From contig OY761159.2 of NCBI GenBank assembly GCA_963664395.2, positions 2,176,001 through 2,240,000 of the forward strand: a stretch of 64,000 nt of DNA, written 5' to 3'. Position 1 is the first letter of the stretch. Each line of letters begins with the position of its first letter. The translations under genes were made by a program, and so were the position numbers. This stretch comes from Candidatus Binatia bacterium (GTDB lineage: Bacteria; Desulfobacterota; Binatia; Bin18). The notes beneath the pieces were generated by a model. The model saw only the letters and a program-made list of their open reading frames with translations, was not told where the DNA came from and did not search any database. Shown here one piece after another: positions 1 to 10,087 of this stretch.

Positions 1-1
1 C

Positions 2-673
2 TGGCCAAAAGCAGCCTTGCAGCTGACCGACTCCTTTTTTCCCTCCGGCACAGTCACCCTGTCGCACGGCCTGGAAACCTTTCTCGGTGGCCAGTCCGCG
101 GAGATCGACCTGTCTCAGCTCCTTCAAGATTATCTCGAAAGGAAAATTGCTCCCTGTGATCTGGTTGCCTATGCGCACGCGTATCGGGCCGCAGAAGAGG
201 GAGACGTTGAGCGTTTGCATCAGCTCGACCGCTACTTGAATGTTTCGCTCCTTCCGCAAGAACTGCGGCAGGGCTCCGCACGTTCAGGCAGGGCGACGCT
301 GGAAACACTGCGGCGCTTAGTCGAGGAGCCCCTCTTCCAGGCATTTCTCGCTGGCATAGAGGCGGGCAAGAGCAGCGGTCATATCTCCATTTGCCTGGGT
401 CTCTTACACGTTCTGTGGCGTATCCCCCAACGCAGAGGCGGCGCTATGTTGCTCTACACCTTCATGGTGAACTTTCTTGGCGCAGCCATCCGTTTAGGCT
501 GTCTTGGGCATCGGGAAGCACAGAGGTTGCTCATCAACTTCCGACCTCATTTGATTCCACTCGCAGATCAAGCGCTAGAGAGCCCACTCGAAGAGATCGG
601 AACTTTTGTTCCGCTCGCGGATATCCGCGCGATGCAACATGCCCACCTGTCTGTCCGACTTTTTAGTAGCTAG
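2..673 (+). CDS. ureF: Urease accessory protein UreF (5' end runs off the window)
   Basis: N-terminal LQLTDSFFPSG..SHGLE motif, GAAIRLG and C-terminal RLFSS typical of UreF; the frame is open back to the window edge. Confidence 0.85.
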   Translation, partial: WPKAALQLTDSFFPSGTVTLSHGLETFLGGQSAEIDLSQLLQDYLERKIAPCDLVAYAHAYRAAEEGDVERLHQLDRYLNVSLLPQELRQGSARSGRATLETLRRLVEEPLFQAFLAGIEAGKSSGHISICLGLLHVLWRIPQRRGGAMLLYTFMVNFLGAAIRLGCLGHREAQRLLINFRPHLIPLADQALESPLEEIGTFVPLADIRAMQHAHLSVRLFSS

Positions 674-759
674 GAGGACGGTATCCTGACTCCCATTTGT
701 CTTCACCAGGCTTGTCTGGAGGCTGGACTATGGAGTAAGATTCCACATTACTTTTCTGT

Positions 760-833
760 GCCCCCGTAGCTCAGGAGGATAGAGCACCGGATTCCTAATC
801 CGGGTGTCGTGCGTTCGAATCGCGCCGGGGGCA
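760..833 (+). tRNA. tRNA-Arg, anticodon CCT; CCA not encoded
   Basis: Cloverleaf: acceptor GCCCCCG/CGGGGGC, D-arm TAGCTCAG..GATAGAGC, anticodon arm CCGGA-TTCCTAA-TCCGG, T-loop GTTCGAATC. Confidence 0.95.
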
Positions 834-848
834 GTTTTCTTCTCACCA

Positions 849-884
849 CGGGATATGCGGGATATGCGGGATATGCGGGATATG
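849..884 (+). repeat. 9-bp tandem repeat (CGGGATATG) x4
   Basis: Four exact copies between the tRNA and the aminotransferase start codon. Confidence 0.9.
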
Positions 885-885
885 A

Positions 886-2055
886 ATGATGCTGCGTGAA
901 AGTCGGCGGATGCGGGAGGTACAGTCGCCGATCATTCCGGTGATTGGCGAATTAATCCGCGCGAACCCCGGTACGGTTTCTCTGGGCCAAGGGGTCGCGT
1001 ACTACGGCCCGCCGCCTGAGGCGCTGGAAGCGGTCCGCCGGTTTCAGGCTGAACCGGATAACCATAAATACAAACCCGTCCAAGGCATTGACCCGCTCTT
1101 AGAGATCATTCGCCACAAGCTGTTGGAGGAGAACGGTATCGCGCTGAATGATGCGCAGCGGATCGTCGTGACGGCCGGGGGCAATATGGCGTTCATGAAT
1201 GCGTTGCTGGCAATCGCCGACCCCGGTGATCAGATTATTTTGCAACTGCCCTATTACTTCAACCACGAGATGGCAATTAGCATGGTCAATTGTGAGGCGG
1301 TGTGTGTACCGACCGACGAGCACTACCAACTTCAACTCGATGCGATCAGCAACGCGATTACGGATCGTACGCGCGCCATTGTGACCGTGTCGCCAAACAA
1401 CCCGGCCGGTGTGGTGTATGCCGAATCAGACTTGCGTGCGGTCAATGATCTCTGTCGCGAGACCGGCCTCTATCACATCAGTGACGAAGCGTATGAGTAT
1501 TTCACGTACGATGGCGCAACCCATTTCTCGCCGGGATCAATCCCGGACAGCAGCGAGTACACAATCTCCCTGTACTCGCTGTCCAAAGCGTACGGCTTTG
1601 CGAGCTGGCGCATCGGCTGGATGGTCGCGCCCGAACACCTGTATACGGCGATCAAAAAAGCCCAGGATACGATCCTGATCTGCCCGCCGGTCGTCTCGCA
1701 ATACGCCGCGGCGGCCGCGATGCAAGTCGGGTCGGCCTACTGTCGTGAAAAACTCAGGGCGATGACCGCGACACGCCGGGTCGTACAGAGCAGCCTGAAC
1801 GAGTTGAGTGATCTGCTCACGCTGCCTCGGTCCGACGGCGCGTTCTACTTCCTGCTGCGGGTGCACACAGATATGGATGCCATGACGTTGACTGAGCGGT
1901 TAATCCAAGAGCATCACGTCGCGGTGATTCCCAGTACGGCGTTCGGCGTAACCGAGGGGTGCTATCTGCGCGTAGCCTACGGCGCGCTGAACGAAGAGGT
2001 GGCCGGCGAGGCCGGCGGGCGGCTCTCGCGTGGACTGCGGCATATTCTTTTGTAA
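886..2055 (+). CDS. PLP-dependent aminotransferase, class I/II (aspartate aminotransferase-like)
   Basis: SLGQG, SPNNPAG, DEAY, SLSKAYGFASWRIG (PLP lysine); exact start among 886/889/910 uncertain. Confidence 0.9.
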   Translation: MMLRESRRMREVQSPIIPVIGELIRANPGTVSLGQGVAYYGPPPEALEAVRRFQAEPDNHKYKPVQGIDPLLEIIRHKLLEENGIALNDAQRIVVTAGGNMAFMNALLAIADPGDQIILQLPYYFNHEMAISMVNCEAVCVPTDEHYQLQLDAISNAITDRTRAIVTVSPNNPAGVVYAESDLRAVNDLCRETGLYHISDEAYEYFTYDGATHFSPGSIPDSSEYTISLYSLSKAYGFASWRIGWMVAPEHLYTAIKKAQDTILICPPVVSQYAAAAAMQVGSAYCREKLRAMTATRRVVQSSLNELSDLLTLPRSDGAFYFLLRVHTDMDAMTLTERLIQEHHVAVIPSTAFGVTEGCYLRVAYGALNEEVAGEAGGRLSRGLRHILL

Positions 2056-2191
2056 CGCGCTGAGAGGCGATCTGAGCATGCGGGGCTGGCGAGACATGAG
2101 AGCGTGCGACATAATATCTTGCGCCCGAACATTCTGATAGCGTTGCGGCGTTTTGGAGTGAACCGAAAGACAGGCGAGAGGACGTACTGTT

Positions 2192-3352
2192 ATGCGAGAA
2201 GGCTTTCATGTGATGGACAGTGATCTCCACGTTATTGAAAACGGAGAGGTGTATGAGAAATATCTCGACGAGAAATACCGCGATAAGAAACCCCGTTACC
2301 TGGGCTGGAGTCCAACCAATTTTCCGCACTGGGATGTACAGGGACAGCTGATCCCCCCATGGGCGAAGTCTGCGGAAGTGGTGAAAGCCCAGGAATATCT
2401 CGACAAACCAACTGAGCATATCTACAAGTCGGTCCGCGAGCGGAAGTACGAGCCCTCTTCCACTCTTGAAGCCATGGACGCGGAGGGTATTGATGTTGGT
2501 ATTGTCTACCGCACTTTTGCGCACATGATTGTTTCCATTGATGATTTAGAGCCAGCATATGCTACTGCCTACTGCGCCGCGTTTAACGATTGGCTGGCTG
2601 ATTACTGTCAGACTGACCCAAGGCGTCTCAAAGCGGCGGCTATTATCTCATTGCACGACCCTGAACTCGCAGCCGCCGAAGCCCGCCGCGCCGTAGAAGA
2701 CAAAGGCCATGTTGCTGTCGTTCTGCTGCCCATGCCCTGCAACGGACGCTATTTCAACGCGCCCGAGTGTGACGTGCTGTGGAAAGAAATCAGGCGGCTG
2801 AACGTGCCCCTGGCTTTTCATGGAACGAGCGGGGGCGCGTCAAAGGATTACGTGACCAATCGCTACCGCGGCCATCCGAATTTCCGCACGCTGAACCATT
2901 CTTCAGCCTTTCCCATGGAGTTGATGCTTGCGATGGGCGCCATGACAGTAGGCGGCGTGCTTGAGCGCTTTCCCGACCTGCGGGTCGGTTTTCTGGAGGG
3001 CAATTGTGGCTGGCTGCCGTGGTGGCTGGACCGTCTTGACGACCAGTGGGAGAAGTACGGCGGCGGCGAGGAAATCAAACTATCGGCCAAGCCGAGTGAA
3101 TACTTTAAGCGCCAGTGCTTTATTGGGACCGATGTCGACGAAGAGTTGTTAGCGGTCACGGTTGATAAAATCGGCGACGACAATATTGTCATGTCGGTCG
3201 ATTACCCCCATGCCGACGGCCCCTTCCCGAACGGGATCAAAGAGTTTCTGGAGCTGCCTGGGGTAGGATTAGACTCCAAACGCAAGATTATGTGGAAAAA
3301 CTGCCTCCGCTTATACGATTTTGATGAGAAGAAGATGCTTGGCGGCGAGTGA
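2192..3352 (+). CDS. Amidohydrolase_2 family metal-dependent hydrolase/decarboxylase
   Basis: DSDLH metal motif, FHG, GVLERFPDLRVGFLEGNCGW, SVDYPHAD. Confidence 0.9.
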   Translation: MREGFHVMDSDLHVIENGEVYEKYLDEKYRDKKPRYLGWSPTNFPHWDVQGQLIPPWAKSAEVVKAQEYLDKPTEHIYKSVRERKYEPSSTLEAMDAEGIDVGIVYRTFAHMIVSIDDLEPAYATAYCAAFNDWLADYCQTDPRRLKAAAIISLHDPELAAAEARRAVEDKGHVAVVLLPMPCNGRYFNAPECDVLWKEIRRLNVPLAFHGTSGGASKDYVTNRYRGHPNFRTLNHSSAFPMELMLAMGAMTVGGVLERFPDLRVGFLEGNCGWLPWWLDRLDDQWEKYGGGEEIKLSAKPSEYFKRQCFIGTDVDEELLAVTVDKIGDDNIVMSVDYPHADGPFPNGIKEFLELPGVGLDSKRKIMWKNCLRLYDFDEKKMLGGE

Positions 3353-4285
3353 TTACACAGGCTGTTGCATGCCAACCATGGCATAATGCTCAGGCGCAGC
3401 AGTCCGCGGGTCTTTATACATGATGACCCGACACAGTCCGCCAGTTGCCCCTTTTTCGCACACAATGGCCGGCCACGGCGCGCCAATACGCTCGATGGGC
3501 ATGATGGTGTGCATAACTGCGATATGCGCCTGATAGACTGAGACATTGCCATCCAGAAAAGAGAGAGGATGCTGTTCTTTGACGAGGGCGAGATTGAGCG
3601 GTGGTTTGAGGCAGCCCTGCCGAATTTGACGGCCACAACTCCCGCACGGGTCTTGGAAAAGAGTAAATTTTTCGCCGTCTTCTTCGATTCTGAGTGTGGC
3701 AAAATTTCCGAGCAAAAGGGCGACCCAGCTCCGGAGCCGTGCTGTGGCATCATGCGTAATGTCGTCCATCATCCACGGCATCCAGCGCTTATCACTGCTG
3801 AAGCGTAGACACTGTTCGAGCTCATCAATGCCATACTCCCGGTAGACGTGAGACAGCAGGAGAGAGACCCATTCCCGATAGAGATCGTGCAGGTCTCGAA
3901 AACCCTTCTCCATGTAGTCATAGAATTTTTTGACTTCCTCAACGTCGCCTTTGTCAATGAGCGCGTTCATGCGGTCTATGGCCGACTTGCTACAGTTGAG
4001 GACCTCGCCGACGCTCATATCAAGTTTAAGCGCTTCGGCGAGAACCGCACTAATCGGAGCCGCTTTGGCCAAACCCTCATGACCATGGGTCTCGTAAATG
4101 AATTCCTGCTCCGTAGCCACCCAGTGGTGATAGATATCGTGAAAGGCGAGAAAAGATTCTTCGAGCTCAGCGTACTTCGCCTTCGCCTCTGCTCTGTCTC
4201 CGGTCTCAAGAGCCGCGTACATCTGTTCACGCGGAGGACGGCACATTGCATCGAGCTCGTCTTGGGTAAAGAGCCGAGTTGTCAT
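3353..4285 (-). CDS. Hypothetical protein with internal duplication and a CGSCG motif
   Basis: 310-aa ORF with SD-like AGGGGA; repeated segment FLAFHDIYHHWV..YETHG / FRDLHDLYREWV..YREYG. Confidence 0.75.
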   Translation of the reverse strand: MTTRLFTQDELDAMCRPPREQMYAALETGDRAEAKAKYAELEESFLAFHDIYHHWVATEQEFIYETHGHEGLAKAAPISAVLAEALKLDMSVGEVLNCSKSAIDRMNALIDKGDVEEVKKFYDYMEKGFRDLHDLYREWVSLLLSHVYREYGIDELEQCLRFSSDKRWMPWMMDDITHDATARLRSWVALLLGNFATLRIEEDGEKFTLFQDPCGSCGRQIRQGCLKPPLNLALVKEQHPLSFLDGNVSVYQAHIAVMHTIMPIERIGAPWPAIVCEKGATGGLCRVIMYKDPRTAAPEHYAMVGMQQPV

Positions 4286-4338
4286 ATTTGTCCCCTTTTG
4301 GGTCGGACCTCTTGTTGATCTATTCCCGATAGTGTTGA

Positions 4339-5598
4339 CTACTCTTCGTAGGCTTGTGCCAATAAATCAATGGTATGCACGGCTTGAATCGGCAGGCCAT
4401 GCTGCTGTAAGCCAGCCCGTATCTGCATTAAACAGCCGGGATTGCCGGTCACGACCACGTCGGCTTCAGTTGCCTGAATATGCCCGACTTTACGCTCCAG
4501 CAGTCGGGCCGCCATCTCCGGTTGGGTCAGATTATACGTGCCGGCACTGCCGCAGCACCAATCTGACTCGGGTAAGTTGACAAACGTCAGCCCAGGAATG
4601 GCCCGCAGCAGTGCACGAGGTTGCTCACGGACACCTTGTCCATGCGCCAAGTGACAGGCGTCATGGTAGGTGACCTTTGCTCTGACCTCTCGGGTTGGTG
4701 GTGTAAGCGGAATACTCCCAACAAACTCAGCCACGTCTTTCATTTTTTCGGTGAGGCGTTCTGCCTTGTCCCGGTAAGCAGGGTCGTCTTTGAACAGCTC
4801 GCCGTACTCTTTCATCATCGCTCCGCAGCCAGCGGAGTTGATAATAAGAGCGTCCAGCTCAAGTTTGCCGAAGACGTCAATATTATGTCTGGCCAGCGAC
4901 AGGGCATTCAGCTTATCCCCATTATGCAAGAGGAGCGCCCCACAGCAGGATTGGGCCTTGGGAACCAGGACTTCACAGCCATTATGGCGGAGCACTTTCA
5001 CCGTGGACTGGTTGGTTGCCCCAAAGACCGTAGACATGACACAACCCGATAGCACGGCAACGGTGTGGCGTTTTTCACCAATCGCGGGGTAGCGCTCTAA
5101 TAGTGGTGCAGAAGATACGGTTCCACGTTCCGGCAAGAGCCCCAGCCAATAGCGAAGTTTTACCGGCATTGCTTCAGAGCGCGCAAAACGCGCCAATCCA
5201 AGGGCGGCGCCGACTTTGAGGGAAAGCGCGAAAAGGCGGGCCCCCAACGGATTGGGGAAGGTCTTGTTCATCATCCAGCGCTTTACTCGTTCCAGCAAAG
5301 GCCGGCGATAGTGTTGCTCAATAAAGGGCCGGACGCCTTCGATGAGTTCTCCATACCGCACCCCGGATGGACAAGCGGTTTCACACGCCCGACACCCCAG
5401 GCACAGATCAAGATGCCCAACGATCTCAGCGTCGAGCTGCGCATGCCCCTCTTGAAGCGCGCGCATCATCACGATGCGTCCCCGAGGGGAGTCCATCTCC
5501 GTACCTAATTCGACATAGGTTGGACACGAGGCCAGACACAGCCCACAGTGCACGCAGTCAAAGAATTTTTCGTGGTCAACAAAAGAGACGTTTTCCAT
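4339..5598 (-). CDS. glcF: Glycolate oxidase iron-sulfur subunit
   Basis: Two CxxCxxCxxxCP ferredoxin motifs plus two CCG domains; downstream of glcD and glcE. Confidence 0.9.
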   Translation of the reverse strand: MENVSFVDHEKFFDCVHCGLCLASCPTYVELGTEMDSPRGRIVMMRALQEGHAQLDAEIVGHLDLCLGCRACETACPSGVRYGELIEGVRPFIEQHYRRPLLERVKRWMMNKTFPNPLGARLFALSLKVGAALGLARFARSEAMPVKLRYWLGLLPERGTVSSAPLLERYPAIGEKRHTVAVLSGCVMSTVFGATNQSTVKVLRHNGCEVLVPKAQSCCGALLLHNGDKLNALSLARHNIDVFGKLELDALIINSAGCGAMMKEYGELFKDDPAYRDKAERLTEKMKDVAEFVGSIPLTPPTREVRAKVTYHDACHLAHGQGVREQPRALLRAIPGLTFVNLPESDWCCGSAGTYNLTQPEMAARLLERKVGHIQATEADVVVTGNPGCLMQIRAGLQQHGLPIQAVHTIDLLAQAYEE

Positions 5599-5653
5599 AG
5601 AGAGCAGTCAACCTTATAAAAATGAGCCAGGAGTCTATAAAACGTAAAAATTC

Positions 5654-6922
5654 CTATATTCCACCAATAAAGCGACCGGGGTTCAAAATACGGTTGGGGT
5701 CCAGGGTCTCTTTGAGCCGTTGCATAAGTGGAAACGCTTTTCCCACCGTGCCCCATACATTCGCCCGTTCCTTGAGCGCCGATGGGATCTCTTCCACGAC
5801 GGCAAAGCCATTATTGCGAGCTGCCTGGACACGTATCCAGTCAACAAGAGCCAGGAGCTGGTTATCGGGGACGGCCTCCCCTTCAAAGGCCGTGTACAGG
5901 ATGCCGTTCCCGGCCCGGGCCAGTAAACGGACCGGAATCTGACGGCGCTGAGCTTCCGCCGCCAGGTCCGCACAGAACGTCGCCAGCTGGGTTGGCTGAA
6001 GGCTCACTTTACACCGAAGCGCAGCTTGACCGGACACTGGAAAATCCCGGAGGGCCTGAGAGAGCGTCTGCGCCTCGTCGGCACTCAACTCCTCAACAAC
6101 ACATTCGTCATCCCCAAGGACAGCACGGAGGCGACTGCGCTGCTCATCGACTTCTTCCTGAATCCCGGCAAAGCCGACGAAGAGGAGGTAACCTGGAGGG
6201 AGTGGACCCCCTGACAGGGGGTGTGACGGGACCGGAGAAAAATTGGCCAGTTCAAGGAAAAAGGGCTGGATATCCGAGCCAGTCAATTTCAGCGCTGCTT
6301 CTCCGGCTTTTTCAGCAGATGAGAACGTTAGGGCGAGCGTTGTTTGGGCTTCAGGGCGGGGACGGATCATAAATGTGGCTTCGACAATAACGCCGAGCGT
6401 TCCAAACGACCCACAATAGAGTTTCGGCAAATCATAGCCGGCAACATTTTTGACTACTTGCCCGCCCCCCTTAATCAGTGTCCCATCCGAGCGAACGACG
6501 CGGAGGCCAATCAGAAAATCGCGGACTGTGCCTTGAGAGAATCGAGACGGACCATTGAGATTGGCAGCAATGAGTCCGCCGACCGTCGCCCGCTCCGGAC
6601 AAGGTGGGTCGAGTGGCAGCCATTGACGGTTTTCCCCAAGAACAGCCTGGAGTTGGGCCAGAGACATACCGGCCCCAACTCTAACGGTCATATCTGCAGG
6701 CTGGTAGTCTACGAGCGTATTCAGCGCCGTCGTACACAGCGCCTGCTCATACCGTTTCGGTACGCCGCCAAGGTGGAGGAACGCGCCGTGCCCCACCGGG
6801 CTTATGGCGCGGCCGTGTTCATTCGCCTCTTTCAGCAGTTGCGAGACTTCTGCAATCGATGTGGGATAGACCACAGTCTCGGGCGCTTTCCCATCGATTA
6901 TAAACTGGTCGGCCTCCCTCAT
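5654..6922 (-). CDS. glcE: Glycolate oxidase FAD-binding subunit
   Basis: FAD_binding_4 features ATVGG, GGQVVKNVAGYDL, GSFGTLG and C-terminal DPNRILNPGR. Confidence 0.85.
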   Translation of the reverse strand: MREADQFIIDGKAPETVVYPTSIAEVSQLLKEANEHGRAISPVGHGAFLHLGGVPKRYEQALCTTALNTLVDYQPADMTVRVGAGMSLAQLQAVLGENRQWLPLDPPCPERATVGGLIAANLNGPSRFSQGTVRDFLIGLRVVRSDGTLIKGGGQVVKNVAGYDLPKLYCGSFGTLGVIVEATFMIRPRPEAQTTLALTFSSAEKAGEAALKLTGSDIQPFFLELANFSPVPSHPLSGGPLPPGYLLFVGFAGIQEEVDEQRSRLRAVLGDDECVVEELSADEAQTLSQALRDFPVSGQAALRCKVSLQPTQLATFCADLAAEAQRRQIPVRLLARAGNGILYTAFEGEAVPDNQLLALVDWIRVQAARNNGFAVVEEIPSALKERANVWGTVGKAFPLMQRLKETLDPNRILNPGRFIGGI

Positions 6923-6948
6923 CAGTTTGGCTTTCTCTCAAAAAGTCT

Positions 6949-8385
6949 CTAGAGCGGGACCTGGCGTCGAGGCGTCGTTACGTCAATACAGCCACCGGGC
7001 GTAGGGATAATTTTATTGGGATTACACAGGTTGTCCGGATTAAAAACAGACCGGAGCTGGGTCATAACCATCAGATCTTCGGGGCTGAAGAGGAGCGGCA
7101 TCTGGCCCATCTTTTCGACGCCAATGCCGTGCTCGCCCGTCAGACTTCCCCCTAGGTCTATACATGCGTTCAAGATTTCCTTCCCCGCTTTGACCACGCG
7201 CCGGGTTTCGTCTGCATTGCGCTCGTCATACATCAGAATCGGATGGATATTGCCGTCTCCCGCGTGGAACACATTGGCAATCCGCAGTTGATACTTTTCT
7301 GAAATCTCAGTAATCCGCTGCAGAATGTCCGGAACCTTAGTGCGAGGGACTACGCCATCTTGGGTGCAATAATTTGGTGATAAACGGCCAATGGCACCAA
7401 AGGCACGCTTGCGACTCTTCCAGAGCGCCATACGTTCGGCATCATTCTGAGCGATCCGTACCTCGCGAGCATTATTGTGTTTGCAGATGGCCTGAATCTG
7501 GGCAGTTTGTGGGTCGAGACTGGCTGCAAGGCCATCAATCTCAATAATCAAAACAGCACCAGCATCGGTCGGGAAGCCGAAGTGAAAGGCTTCTTCGACT
7601 GCTTGGATAATAAGCGTATCCATCATTTCCAGGGCAGCTGGGACAATGCCCGAAGTAATAATACCGGAGACCGTTTGGGTGGCTTGGTGGACCGACTCAA
7701 ACACAGCCAGGAACGTGCGGTAGGCCTGCGGCTGGCGTGTCAGCTTGAGGGCGGCCTGGGTGACAATCCCGAAAGTGCCTTCCGCGCCTATGGTAATGCC
7801 GCGTAAGTCATAGCCGGGAACGTCCTCGACCGTCCCGCCTAGGGTGACGATTTCTCCATCCGGCAGGACGACTTCCAATCCGAGAACATGATTGGTCGTG
7901 ACGCCATATTTGAGCGTATGCGGCCCGCCGGAATTTTCTGCGATGTTGCCGCCGATGGTGCACGCCTGCTGGCTGGACGGGTCAGGCGCATACTGAAGGC
8001 CGTGATCTTTCACCGCATTACTCACCCACAGATTCACTACACCGGACTGGGCCACAACGTAGCGATTGAGAAGATCAATGTGTACGATTTTATTGAGTCG
8101 GCTGGTGCCGATCATGACTGGCGCTTCAACCGGCAGACAGCCGCCACTGAGGCCGGTCCCGGCGCCGCGCGGGACAAAGGCGATCTTTTCTTTGTTCAGA
8201 AATTTTACGACAGCCGCCACTTCTTCGGTCGAGTGAGGGAGAACGACGACCTCAGGCACCGCCTTCTCTAATGTGTACCCATCGCAGTCGTATACCGAGA
8301 GGGAATTTTTATTGGCCACGACCCCATCAGGACCAACGAGTTCACACAGCCGATCCAAGAATTTCCGATCGATTTTCTGATCCAC
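6949..8385 (-). CDS. glcD: Glycolate oxidase FAD-linked subunit
   Basis: PRGAGTGLSGG, APDPSSQ, HAGDGNIHP, GEHGIG. Confidence 0.9.
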   Translation of the reverse strand: MDQKIDRKFLDRLCELVGPDGVVANKNSLSVYDCDGYTLEKAVPEVVVLPHSTEEVAAVVKFLNKEKIAFVPRGAGTGLSGGCLPVEAPVMIGTSRLNKIVHIDLLNRYVVAQSGVVNLWVSNAVKDHGLQYAPDPSSQQACTIGGNIAENSGGPHTLKYGVTTNHVLGLEVVLPDGEIVTLGGTVEDVPGYDLRGITIGAEGTFGIVTQAALKLTRQPQAYRTFLAVFESVHQATQTVSGIITSGIVPAALEMMDTLIIQAVEEAFHFGFPTDAGAVLIIEIDGLAASLDPQTAQIQAICKHNNAREVRIAQNDAERMALWKSRKRAFGAIGRLSPNYCTQDGVVPRTKVPDILQRITEISEKYQLRIANVFHAGDGNIHPILMYDERNADETRRVVKAGKEILNACIDLGGSLTGEHGIGVEKMGQMPLLFSPEDLMVMTQLRSVFNPDNLCNPNKIIPTPGGCIDVTTPRRQVPL

Positions 8386-8411
8386 GAGAGCTCCTTCGCA
8401 TTGCCTCCGAA

Positions 8412-8861
8412 CTATACTGGCCGGCGGCGGATCATCCGTTTGACCGTGTACTCAAGTAAAACAGTGTCCTCCTGATTAATGACCTGGGTCAACGAAGTGA
8501 CCACCCCACGGTCAGGTTTTGAGGTCTCGCGCTTACCAAGAATCTGTACTTTGACATGCACGGTGTCTCCGCAGCGTAATGGTGCCGGGATTTTCATGTC
8601 TCCAATTCCGAGGAGAGCCATGCCGCCCTTTGCCATACCAGACTGCACAGTCAGGCCCTCAGCAAGGGCAAAGGTGAACGAGCCCGGCGATATCCGGCCT
8701 TCAAACAGGCTGTTGTTTTTGACGAACTGCATGTCCATGAATAAGGGCTCGTGAAAGCCGAACAGGTTCACGAAGTTGACGATATCCGCTTCGGTTATTG
8801 TTCGAGCCTTGGTCTCAAACTCCGCGCCGATTTCATACTCTTCAAAGTATTCGAGTGCCAT
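8412..8861 (-). CDS. MaoC-family (hot-dog fold) dehydratase
   Basis: YFEE..RTITEADI, EPLFMD, PLRCGDT, ETSKPDRGVV. Confidence 0.85.
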   Translation of the reverse strand: MALEYFEEYEIGAEFETKARTITEADIVNFVNLFGFHEPLFMDMQFVKNNSLFEGRISPGSFTFALAEGLTVQSGMAKGGMALLGIGDMKIPAPLRCGDTVHVKVQILGKRETSKPDRGVVTSLTQVINQEDTVLLEYTVKRMIRRRPV

Positions 8862-8976
8862 ATCATTTCCTCGGGAAAAGCGTCAGCAGGAAGTCTGCGT
8901 GCTTATGCCGGAGAAGTCAACAACGAACGAGGCGGGGTGTTGACAATTGGTCCGCTCTCGCGTTGTTTTAGCCGCT

Positions 8977-10056
8977 ATGAAAAAGCGTGTCGCCGTTGTT
9001 GGAGCAACTGGGATTGCGGGTCAGCAATTCCTCGTTGCGCTTCAGGACCATCCCTGGTTTGAGGTTGCTTTGCTGGCTGCGTCAGAGCGCTCAGCAGGCA
9101 AAAGCTATGCAGAAGCTATCCGCGATTCCAAAACCGGAGCGCGGCGCTGGTGGTGCGAGGTAGAACCACCGCCGCCCATGCTGACGCTTCCTGTCCACGA
9201 AGCCTCGGCTCTGGACCTGAGCGGGATTGATCTCGTTTTTACGGCTGTCGAATCAGGACCGGCACGAGAACTTGAACCGGTGTATGCCAGAACGACCCCG
9301 GTGGTCAGCACGGCCTCGGCGTTCCGACAAGAAGCGGACGTTCCGCTCCTTATTCCGGGTGTCAATCTGGATCATATCGCCCTGATTGATACGCAAAAGA
9401 AAAATCGTGACTGGCAAGGCTATATCGTCACTCAGCCCAACTGTACCACCATAGGTCTGGCTATTACCCTCAGGCCGCTGTTTGATCAATTCGGTCTGAA
9501 AAAGGTCATCATGACCTCTATGCAGGGGCTGTCCGGGGCCGGTCGCTCGCCCGGGGTGATCGCAATGGATACCATAGACAACGTCATTCCGTTCATTTCT
9601 GGCGAGGAAGAGAAAGTCGAAAAGGAAGGGCACAAAATTCTTGGCACCTTCGAGAATGGAGCCATTGTCCCAGCTAACTTTCTCGTCAGTGCGACATGTA
9701 CTCGCGTACCGGTTCTTGAAGGCCATACCGAGGCACTGCTGGTTTCTATGGATACACCCTGCTCAGTCGCTGATGTCCGGGCAGCTATGGTCGGATTTGG
9801 CAAAGAGTTTATCGAACTGGGCCTGCCTTCTTCTCCGCGGCATATGATTATCGTGCACGATGACCCATTTCGACCCCAGCCGCGCTTGGACCGTGATGCG
9901 GAAGACGGCATGGCTACCTCGGTTGGTCGTCTGCGGCCAGATCATGCCCTTGAGAATGCGGTGAAATATATTCTTGTCAGCCACAATACCAAGATGGGGG
10001 CGGCCAAAGGCGCGGTACTCACAGCGGAGTATCTATATCAGAAGGGGTATGTGTAG
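8977..10056 (+). CDS. asd: Aspartate-semialdehyde dehydrogenase, archaeal/eukaryotic-type clade
   Basis: GATG Rossmann motif, HPWFE, ASERSAGK, catalytic PNCTT, SGAG, CTRVPVLEGH, HNTKMGAA; ATG at 8977 preferred over TTG at 8947. Confidence 0.92.
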   Translation: MKKRVAVVGATGIAGQQFLVALQDHPWFEVALLAASERSAGKSYAEAIRDSKTGARRWWCEVEPPPPMLTLPVHEASALDLSGIDLVFTAVESGPARELEPVYARTTPVVSTASAFRQEADVPLLIPGVNLDHIALIDTQKKNRDWQGYIVTQPNCTTIGLAITLRPLFDQFGLKKVIMTSMQGLSGAGRSPGVIAMDTIDNVIPFISGEEEKVEKEGHKILGTFENGAIVPANFLVSATCTRVPVLEGHTEALLVSMDTPCSVADVRAAMVGFGKEFIELGLPSSPRHMIIVHDDPFRPQPRLDRDAEDGMATSVGRLRPDHALENAVKYILVSHNTKMGAAKGAVLTAEYLYQKGYV

Positions 10057-10063
10057 TTCCGTA
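10048..10063 (+). repeat. Direct repeat copy 1 (TATGTGTAGTTCCGTA), containing the asd stop codon
   Basis: 15/16 identical to 10493-10508. Confidence 0.8.
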
Positions 10064-10087
10064 AAAGAACGGAGTAGATATATACCA

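Noticed and set aside
760-833. tRNA-Arg as the attachment site of an integrated element
   Set aside because: No integrase is adjacent, and I found no duplicate of the tRNA 3' end by eye.
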